Source: an uncultured Chloroflexia bacterium
GTDB taxonomy: Bacteria; Chloroflexota; Limnocylindria; Limnocylindrales; CSP1-4
Assembly: GCA_963763775.1 (NCBI GenBank)
Contig: CAVXPZ010000001.1
Span: 704,001 to 768,000 of the forward strand
Direction: 5' to 3'
DNA length: 64,000 nucleotides
Positions 55,807 to 64,000 of this stretch are shown here, in pieces; position 1 is the stretch's first letter, and every line of letters starts with the position of its first letter. The translations under genes were made by a program, and so were the position numbers. The notes beneath the pieces are model-generated. The model was not told the origin of the DNA, made no database searches, and saw only the letters and a list, made by a program, of their open reading frames with translations.

Positions 55807-57943
55807 ATGACCGAGATCCTGACCGAATCCTTCTGCGAACGATGTGGCTCACGCTACACGTTCGAGTCCGCGGTCCCCAAAGACCGTCTGCGGAAAGTCA
55901 AGGTGCTTTCGCGCGGTCTGAAGACGTTCGTGCTGGACGACAAGACGTCCATGGACGAGGCGATGGCGGCCGCCCGGAGCGACACGGACCGAGCGGTCAC
56001 GTCCTCGCAGCTCGACGCGTTCCACAAGACCTTCAACTTCTGCATGCAGTGCCGGCAGTACACGTGCCCGAACTGCTGGAACGAGGAGGAGGGTCGCTGC
56101 CTCACGTGTGCGCCCAACCTGAGCCGGGAGATCCTCCCGGCCCCGTTCCCCGATCTCCAGCCGGCCAACGGCCTGGGCGCCGCCGCGATCGCGACGAACG
56201 GGGCGCTCGGGACCCCCGCCGCGTCGGCGAACGGCGCCGCCGGTTCCAATGGCACAGCCACGAACGGCACGAACGGCACCAACGGCCATGCGCCCGATGA
56301 CGGCCTGTACGGCCTCGACGCGATCGCCCGCCTGGACGCGCTGTCCGGCTACACCGCCCCGGTCGTCGCGGACGAGCCGGTCGTCGCGTCCGAGCCGGTC
56401 GCGGCCACCGAGGTCGATGAGCCGACCGTCCTGGCCATCGCCGACGAGCCGATCGTCGCGGCCGAACCTGTCGCGGAACCGGTCGTTTCGCCGTCGATCG
56501 TCGTCGAACCGCCGGTCGCGCAGATCGCCGACGAGCCGATCGCCGATGTGGCGCTGTCCGAGCCGACCGTCGACGCCGTCGCGGAGCCCGTCGTCGACGA
56601 CGCCGCGCCCGAGCCGATCGCCGCCATCGCCGACGGTCGCGGGGCCCGTCGCCACCGAGTCGCCGGTCGCCGAGACGGCGGTCCCGGAAGCCGCGGTCCC
56701 GGAAGCCGTGGTCGAGGCCACCGTCGCCGAACCGGTCGTCGAAGTGGTCGGGGCCGACGCCGTCACGGAGCCGGTCATCGAGCCGCTCGACGACCTCGTG
56801 TTCGAAGCCGATCTCAGCGGGATCGTCCCGCCGACCGACAACGCCATCGAGGAGGTCGTCCTCGACCTGACGCCGGACGCCGCGCCCGCGGCCACGGTCC
56901 AGACCACCGAGGTGGAACCCTTCGTCGTCGCCACCCAGGCACCCGACCTGGACCAGGACGGGACGGATGCGCGCGCGGCCGCCGCGGCCGCAGCGACGAG
57001 CGCCATGTTCGCAGGCCTGCGACCCGGGCAGAGCCTCGACGACGCGATCGATGCCTACGAGCGAGACGAGCCGACGTCGGAGCCGACGGAGGCGTCCTCG
57101 GAGCCGCTGAGCGACCTCCCCGTCGCGACCGAGCTGGAGATGCTCGCTGCCGAACCCGAACCCGTGATCGGGACCGCCGACGTCGACCTCCCGGTGGCCG
57201 CGTCCGCCCCAGAGCCCGGGCCGGTCGTCGCCGCCGCGGAGCCGGAGCCGGTCCTGGGGCCCGAAGCGGCGCCCGAACCCGTCGTCGAAGCGGTGGAGCT
57301 CGAGGCCGTCGCCGCGGATCCGGCGCTGGTCGTCCCCATCGCGGGACCGGAGCCCGAACCCGTCGCTGCGGAGCCCGTCGCGAACGAGCCTGAGCCGGTC
57401 GCCGCCGAGCCCGAGCCGGTGGCCGCGATCGCGCCGCTCGTCGCCGCGGAACTCCTTGTCGCGCCGGAGCCCCCGGTGGTCGTGCCGGAGCCCCCGGTGG
57501 TCGCGCCGGAGCCCGCGGTGGTCACGGCGGAGTCCCCGGTCGCCGCGCCCGCCGTCGAGCCCATCGCGGCCACGCTCGCGACCGAGCCCGGCGTCGCGGC
57601 ACCGGCCGCGGACGTCGTCGCCCAGCCGACATGGACGATCGTCGCGCCCGATCCGACCGCGACCAACGGCGCCGCCGCACCCGCGCCGACGGCCGAGCCG
57701 GAATGGCCGACGACACCACAGTGGCCGTCGCAGAAGACGTCGCCCGGCCTGCCGTTCCTCGGGCGGCCCGCTGTCCCGACCGGCGGCGTCGATGCCCTGT
57801 GGGCCGCCTCCGATCAGGCGGTCACCGCCACTCCCGGCAACGATCGCGCTCCCGCGGTGGTGCAGGCCTGCGTCAGCTGCGGCCTGTCACTCTCCGCCAC
57901 CGCCCGCTTCTGCCGGCGCTGCGGGACCGCCCAGCACGCCTGA
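55807..57943 (+). CDS. multi-zinc-finger protein with long acidic Pro/Glu/Val/Ala linker, frameshifted near 56630
   Basis: CERC..CMQC..CPNC..CLTC at the N-terminus (55390 frame); CVSC..CRRC at the C-terminus (56249 frame); same composition on both sides of the shift. Confidence 0.72.
57464..57547 (+). repeat. coding tandem repeat, 4 x 21 bp (PEPPVVx)
   Basis: ccggagcccccggtggtcgtg / ccggagcccccggtggtcgcg / ccggagcccgcggtggtcacg / gcggagtccccggtcgccgcg. Confidence 0.8.
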
Positions 57944-58778
57944 GGCGGCGTCGTTCCGGACGTGCACCCACGCGGCCCCATAGAGCAGCGTCTGGAAGGT
58001 GAATGACAGCCAGGCCAGCGCGATGAAGGCCGCCGCGAGCGATCCCGCCAGCACCACCGAGCCGACGAGCCTCGGGACCAGGAACGTGAAGATCTGCGCC
58101 AGCACGACGATCGCGAGACCGACGACCACCGCCGGGACCCGGATCGCCTGCCACGTCGGCGCTTCGGGCGGCATCACCCGGTAGAGGAACATCACGGTCG
58201 AGACCGAGAAGATCGTCAGCGCCAGCGGGCGAGGTGGCGATCGCCGAGATCCGGCTCGCGACCGGCATCGTGGTGGGGATCAGCGAGTCGAACACCGTCG
58301 CGAGTGCGCCGAGCACGAGGAGCACGACGACCACCCCCAGCAGGATCGCGACCCACAGGAAGCCGCGTGCCGTTCGACGGACGATGTCGCGCTCCGGGTG
58401 ATCGGAGAAGATCCGCGCGAACGCGACATCGAGCGCCCCCTGGAACTGGCTCACCGTCCACACGAGGCCGATGAGGCCGACGATCGAGGTGAGGGCCGCC
58501 GCGTCCGTGATCGACGCGAGGATGGCGTCGAGCAGTTCGCGCAACGGCGGGAAGGCCGCCGCGAGCGCGTCGACGAGTGCCTGCTGGACCGCCGCGTCCC
58601 CGGCCAGCCAGCCGGCAAGACCCAGCACGAGCAGCACGGTCGGGATGACCGCGAAGAGCGCCGAGAAGGCCAGCCCGTTGGCGAGCAACCCGCCCGCGGC
58701 CCGGCCGTAGGTGTCCAGGACCGCCCGCACGAACGCGACCCGAGGTCGATCCAGGAACCGCTCGAGGACGGCCGTCAC
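57887..58778 (-). CDS. YihY/BrkB-family membrane protein, frameshifted near 58225
   Basis: LANGLAFSALFAVIP N-part; LYRVMP..GSL..LAWL..LLYGA C-part. Confidence 0.8.
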
Positions 58779-58795
58779 GTCCGTCGCGTCGGGCC

Positions 58796-59035
58796 TCAGC
58801 GGTCCAGGTCCTCGAAGAGGACGGGCTGGAGGTCGGCAGAGCGGACCCGCCGCGGCGCGGCGATCAGCGCCCTGATCTCGCCCCGCCGGACGTAGCGGCG
58901 GCCGCCCAGCTTGATGCTCTGGAGGCGCCCGGCACGCGCCCACCCGCCGATCGTGGAGGGCGTGAAGTGGACGTTCGCGGCGGCGAGGATCTCGGCGGCC
59001 TCGGCCAGGGTGATCCAGTCAGCCGCGGCAGGCAT
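58796..59035 (-). CDS. excisionase/BldC-like (HTH_17) DNA-binding protein
   Basis: WITLAEAAEIL..TI..WARAGRL.SIKLGGRRYV. Confidence 0.82.
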   Translation of the reverse strand: MPAAADWITLAEAAEILAAANVHFTPSTIGGWARAGRLQSIKLGGRRYVRRGEIRALIAAPRRVRSADLQPVLFEDLDR

Positions 59036-59037
59036 CG

Positions 59038-59394
59038 TCAGTCGGTCGCGGAGGCGCCGCTCTTCGCCTCCGGCTTCGGGTCGGGCTTGGCGTCGCCCTT
59101 CTGGGAGGCCGAGTCGCCCTTGGACGATCCGCCACCGTCGGAACCGCCACCGGCACCACCTTCCGAGCTGCTCGTGCCTTCCGCGGTCGACTTGGACGAG
59201 CCCGGGGATGCGGTCGCGCGGCGCTCCTTCTTGGCCCAGCCGGAACCCTTGTAGTGGACCGCGGGCGCGGTGATGGCCTTGCGAACGGGTCCGCCGCCGC
59301 AGAGCGGGCAGGTCGTGGGGCTGTCGGCATGGACGCCGTGGATGACCTCGAATCGCCGGCCGCAGTTCGCGCAGTCGTAGTCGTAGAGCGGCAC
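59038..59394 (-). CDS. FmdB-family zinc ribbon protein
   Basis: PLYDYDCANCG..CPLCG..YKGSGW with low-complexity tail. Confidence 0.9.
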   Translation of the reverse strand: MPLYDYDCANCGRRFEVIHGVHADSPTTCPLCGGGPVRKAITAPAVHYKGSGWAKKERRATASPGSSKSTAEGTSSSEGGAGGGSDGGGSSKGDSASQKGDAKPDPKPEAKSGASATD

Positions 59395-59411
59395 GACCCC
59401 GGTTCGCCCGC

Positions 59412-60170
59412 CTAGCCGCGAAGGAGGCGCATACCGCACTTCGGGCAGTAGAACGCCCGCTCGTGCGCCGAGGCGAAGCCGCAGTGGGCGCAGACGAGGC
59501 CGCCGCGGCCGGCGGCCGGGACCGGTCGCTCGATCGCCGCGATGCCCTGGGCGTACTGGCTCGCCAGGATGTTCGTGAGGATGCCGGCCAGCAGCTTGGC
59601 CCCGATGCGGTCCGTGTCGCCCCGGACGCCTCGACCGCCCCAGCCCACGACCGCCCGGCAGATCATGTCGCCGGTGGCCTCATCCCAGTGCGAGGCGACG
59701 CCGCCCAGGATGGCGTTGTACTCGGGGTAGCCGGCCGTGTCCACCTCGCCGTCGAGCAGCGCGCAGGCGAAGGTGTCGAACGCCAGGTCGACCGCATCGA
59801 TCGATTCGAGGACGACCAAGGCGTGGCGGGTGATCGGGGAGTGCACGTGATGGGCGTTGAGCCACTGCATGGCCTCCGACGGTCGGGCGATCGTCGGGGC
59901 GGCCTGGCTGAACTCGATCGGGAGGGGCTCGACGACCTCGATCTCGGACTTCGCGAGACCAGCGAGCATGCCCGGCAGCTCCGCCAGGGCTTTCGGCCCC
60001 GACTTCATCCGGACCCCTTCGCTGCTCTTGCCGGCGTAGTACAGCTTGAGCTGGTGGTCCTGCGCGACGACCTCTTCGGGCATCGTCAGCCCGGACGCGC
60101 TCGCGGGCGCCGCGGCGGCCTCGACCGGCACGTCGGTGTTACCGCGTTTCTTCAGGAACTCGAGCGGCAC
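59412..60170 (-). CDS. hypothetical protein with C-terminal zinc ribbon
   Basis: GTG 60170 with GGGGAG RBS; CAHC..FYCPKCG. Confidence 0.75.
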   Translation of the reverse strand: MPLEFLKKRGNTDVPVEAAAAPASASGLTMPEEVVAQDHQLKLYYAGKSSEGVRMKSGPKALAELPGMLAGLAKSEIEVVEPLPIEFSQAAPTIARPSEAMQWLNAHHVHSPITRHALVVLESIDAVDLAFDTFACALLDGEVDTAGYPEYNAILGGVASHWDEATGDMICRAVVGWGGRGVRGDTDRIGAKLLAGILTNILASQYAQGIAAIERPVPAAGRGGLVCAHCGFASAHERAFYCPKCGMRLLRG

Positions 60171-60222
60171 GTGGCATCTCCCCGATGAGCGACTGGCTCC
60201 CACGGCATGGTAGCAGCCCGAC

Positions 60223-61906
60223 TCAGCCCGCTTCGACCACCGACACGATGCCTTCGAACGGCCGGAGGGCGACGCGGGCGCCGCCGACGAGGCGATCCGG
60301 GGGGTCGCCGTGCGTCCCGGCGACCGGTCGCCAAGGCTGGCCGGCCCGACCCGGCACCGCGACTTCCGCGCCATCACGGCCGAAGGCCACCATGACCACG
60401 GAGGCCGGACCGGGGTCGTCCCGGATGAAGGCCAGGACCGTGGGATCTTCGACATGGACCAGGCGAAGTCGGCCCTCCTGGAGCGAGCGCAGCGTCCGCC
60501 GCGCCGTCAGCAGTCGCCGATAGCACGACAGCACGGAATCCGGATCGGCAGCCTGGGTCGCCACGTTTCGTCGGGCGACATCGTCGCCGAGCCGCAGCCA
60601 TGGCGGGCTTGCGCTGAATCCGCCATTCGGACCGTCGCCCCATGGCAGCGGCGTCCGCGCCTGCGAGCGGTCCCACCATGGGAAATCCGGACCCACGCGC
60701 GCCGCCGGGGGGTCGACGCTCTCGGCGGGCGGGATGGCGACATCGCCCATCCCGATCTCCTCGCCGTAGTAGAGGAACGGCGTCCCTCGAAGTGTGAGCA
60801 GGACCACGGCCGCCGCCTTCGCGACGGCGTCCCGATCCGAGGCAGGCAGCCCGGCCGAGGCGACGAGACGTGATGCCTGCCGCGGCTGGTCGTGGTTCGA
60901 CAGGACGACGGTCGGCCACCGGTCCGGTCCGAACGCCCGCTCGCGGCGACGGATCGCGGACGCGAACGACGCTGCAGACCACGGCCGGGTGAGCAGCTCC
61001 CAGTCGAAGACCAGGTGTCGGTCCGTCGTCAGTGCCGCGGCGCCCTCGGTCGTGCCGACGAAGAGCTCGCCGACCGACATGCGACCGCGATACTCGTCGA
61101 CGAGCGCCCGGAACCTCGTGAGCAACGCGGGCAGGTCCGGCTGGTCGATGTCGTACACGATGCACCTGACGCGTCCAGGCCGAGTCGCCGCGGCGAACCG
61201 GGTTCGAGCGCAGACCAGGGTCCTTGAGGAACACGTTGAAGGTGTCGAGCCTGAGTCCGTCCACCCCGCGGTCGAGCCAGCCCCGGACCATGTCGAACTG
61301 CGCTGCCTCCACCGCAGGCACTCGCCAGTCGATCTCCGGTTGCTCGGCGAGGAAGGTGTGGTGGTAGAACTGTCCGCGGCGCGGCTCGAAGGTCCACGCA
61401 GGCCCGCCGAACCACGAGACCCAGTTGTTCGGCGGGATGGGTCGGCCGGCCCCGTCGATGCCCTTGGGGTCTGCCCAGAGGTAGTCCGGCGAATGCGGTC
61501 CCGTCCGCGAAGCGCGCGACGCCGCGAACCACGGGTGTTCGTCACTCGTGTGGTTCATGACGAGATCGAGGACGATGCGGATCCCGCGGTGATGCGCTTC
61601 TGACACGAGCCGGTCGAAGTCGGCCTCGGTCCCGAACCGCGGGTCGACGCGCGCGTGGTCGCTGACGTCGTATCCGCCGTCCTTCCCGGGAGACGGATAG
61701 ATCGGCGAGAGCCAGATGGCGTCCACGCCGAGGCCGCTCGGGCCGAGGTGATCGAGGTGATCGATGATCCCCGGAAGGTCGCCCACGCCGTCGCCGTCGG
61801 CGTCCGAGAAGCTCCGCGGGTAGATCTGGTAGATCACCCCGCGACGCCACCAATCGTCCGGCCCGAAGGTCGCGGTCCGCTCCAGGACCCGTCCCGGCTC
61901 CGTCAA
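60223..61906 (-). CDS. GH13 alpha-glucosidase, frameshifted near 61160
   Basis: YQIYPRSF, DLVMNHTS, RLDT (nucleophile), VGEL, NHD, YYGEEIG; start uncertain. Confidence 0.88.
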
Positions 61907-61988
61907 TGCCGACCTCTCGTGTCGAAGATCTGTCACTCGACTGTCACGCTCCGGCATCGGGCCGCGAAGCGAGCGTAGCGATTCGGTC

Positions 61989-62040
61989 TTGACAATGTAG
62001 CGCGCAGGCGTCATTGATACGCGTTACTGACACGCGTTAG
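61989..62040. promoter_or_regulatory. TTGACA -35 plus tandem LacI-type operators
   Basis: TTGACA at 61989-61994; tgatACGCGTtac (62015-62027) and tgacACGCGTtag (62028-62040) between divergent GH13 and LacI genes. Confidence 0.6.
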
Positions 62041-62088
62041 TCGACCACGACGACACCGCGGCGTCAAGTGGAGGAGTCGGATCGACCC

Positions 62089-63235
62089 ATGCCGAAACGA
62101 CCGACGAGCGCGGATGTGGCGCTGGCCGCCGGGGTGTCGCGGACGACCGTCTCGTTCGTGCTGAACGGTCGTCAGGACGTGAAGATCCCGCTCGAGACCC
62201 GCGAGCGAGTCCTGGCGGCGGCGGAACGAGCTCGGGTACCACCCGCATGCGCCCGCCCGCCAGCTCGCCGGCGGACGCTCGCACATCGTCGCACTCGTCC
62301 TGCACCAGACGCCCGAGCAGGTCGCCGGCGACGCCGTCCTGGCCGAGACGCTGCGTGGCTTCGCGTCGGCCGCGCGTGCGGCAGGGGCTTCCGGGTCATG
62401 GTCGAGCCCCTGGCACCCGACGGCCCGCACTCCACGTACACGGACCTGCTTCGCGCCCAGCACGCCGACGGCCTCGTCGTGTCCGGACCGCGTATCGACG
62501 ACCGATCCCTCCTGGAGCTGGTGCGCGATGGCTTCCCGATCGTGCTGCAGGGGTCGCTGCCCGACGTGGCGGTGTCGAGCGTCGACGTCGACAACGTCGC
62601 CGGCTCCCGGGGTGCGGTGGAGCACCTGATCGCCCTCGGGCATCGCAGGATCGCCTGCATCACCAACGCGCCGCTCGTCTACACGGCGGCCCGCGACCGG
62701 CTCGCGGGGTACCGCGAGGCGCTCAAGGCCGCCGGTATCGACGCTCGACCCGGCCCTCGTCGCGGAGGGCGGCCTTCGACGCCGCCGAGCGGCCACACCG
62801 CGATGGCCGGCCTCCTCGCGACCACGCTCCTTCGATGCCGCGTTCGTCGCGAGCGATGTCGTCGCGCTGGGCGCGATCGGTGCCCTGCGCGAGGCCGGGC
62901 GGCGGGTCCCTGATGACGTTTCGATCGTCGGCTTCGACGACATCCCGCTCGCGGGGTACTTCGATCCCCCTCTTACCACCGTGCGCCTGCCGGCCTTCGA
63001 GCTCGGCCAGGCTGCCGGACGGTCCCTCATCGACCGGATCTACGACCGACCGGTACCGGAGCGGACGCTGCTGCCGACCGAGCTCGTCATCCGGTCGTCG
63101 ACACGCCACGCCACCGCGGCGCGGAACGCGACCGACCGGGACGACCCGGTCACTGGAGGAGGCCGGCGTCGGACCACGGCGTCCACGCCCGGAGGAAGGC
63201 GCACGACGAGATCGTCGTCGCCGGGAAAGGAGTGA
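62089..63235 (+). CDS. LacI-family transcriptional regulator, several frameshifts
   Basis: TSADVA..AGVSRTTVSFVLN HTH; LGHRRIA; VP.DVSIVGFDD and LTTV spread across frames. Confidence 0.85.
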
Positions 63236-63241
63236 CACCGC

Positions 63242-64000
63242 ATGCACATCGGCGTCAGACCGCCAGCGCCGGATGATCGCGCTGCTCGGCGGCAGCGGCG
63301 ATCGTCCTGGCGGCGTGCTGCATCGAGCGACGCTCGAGCTCCGCGCCCTGCGGCTGCCGACGTCCGCGGCGCATCGAGCGCGCCGACGACGGCCGCGTCC
63401 GCTGGCGAGTCGCCGGCCGCGTCGTCGGCGGCCAGCTCGGCGGCTCGGTCTCGGTCATCGGGACCTGGACCGGCGCCGAGCAGGAGTCGTTCATGGCGAT
63501 GGTCAAGCCCTGGGAGGACCAGACCGGCGCCAAGGTCCACTACACCGGCACGCGCGACATCAACGCGATCCTCTCGACCGGCATCGCAGTCCGGCCTGCT
63601 GCCCGACCTCGCCGGCCTGCCCGGCCCCGGCCAGATGCGCGGAGTACGTCCAGGCTGGCGCCCTCAAGCCGCTGAACGACGTCATCGACATGACGGCGTA
63701 CACGGCCGACACGGCGCCCGGCCTCGTCGACGCTCGGCACGGTGAACGACAAGCTCTACGGCGATCTTCATCAAGGCCGACATCAAGGGACTGTTCTGGT
63801 ACAACACCGGCGTCTACAAGGCGGGCGCGCCCGTCGACCTACGACGACCTGCTCGCGAAGGGCAAGCAGACCGCCGACGGGATCGGCGGCGATGCCAAGA
63901 CCTTCTGCGTCGGCCTGGAATCCGGGGCGGCTAGCGGCTGGCCGGGCTCCGACTGGGTCGAGCAGTTCGTGCTCAACCAGAGCGGCCCCGATGTCTACGA
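63242..64000 (+). CDS. ABC sugar-binding lipoprotein (alpha-glucoside AglE-like), frameshifted, truncated by window edge
   Basis: AAGGAG RBS, LAAC lipobox, WTGAEQESF, PDLAGLPGPG, KGLFWYN, CVGLESGAASGWPGSDW across frames. Confidence 0.78.

Noticed and set aside
58796-59035. Excisionase as a sign of a prophage or ICE
   Set aside because: No integrase, att sites or phage genes; the gene is embedded in a chromosomal operon.

Overview
High-GC bacterial chromosomal segment of mostly core genes. Gene content and many leaderless TAnnnT promoters suggest Chloroflexota, possibly Limnocylindria/Ellin6529; this is an inference only. About 60 CDS. Amino-acid metabolism: tyrA, trpB2, serC-like/serA/His-phosphatase, agmatinase, two M20 peptidases. 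Housekeeping: ppa, thpR, ftsH, ychF. DNA repair: MrfAB-like pair, UvrD-nuclease fusion, rarA and a stand-alone degenerate DnaB-type ATPase. Envelope/division: murI, murJ, ftsB-like, fhaA-fhaB-rodA-pbpA, a REC-CpaE/MinD-like ATPase and MoxR-DUF58-transglutaminase. Also a VapBC module, one tRNA(CAT), two REP-like hairpin elements and an alpha-glucoside locus running off the right edge. I saw no CRISPR array, integrase, transposase or phage genes. At least eight genes are split by small indels that get denser toward the right end, probably assembly errors. The best candidates for undescribed biology are: (1) a four-gene Zn-ribbon/FmdB/HTH/YihY operon whose HTH ends in a beta-clamp-type QxxLF motif, converging on a multi-Zn-finger acidic protein; (2) the N-terminally truncated SF4 ATPase; (3) a Zn-ribbon protein with tandem RxxxR c-di-GMP-type motifs; (4) a tandem-fused AI-2E transporter; (5) a structured leader upstream of agmatinase. 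All calls are by motif recognition, with no database searches run.
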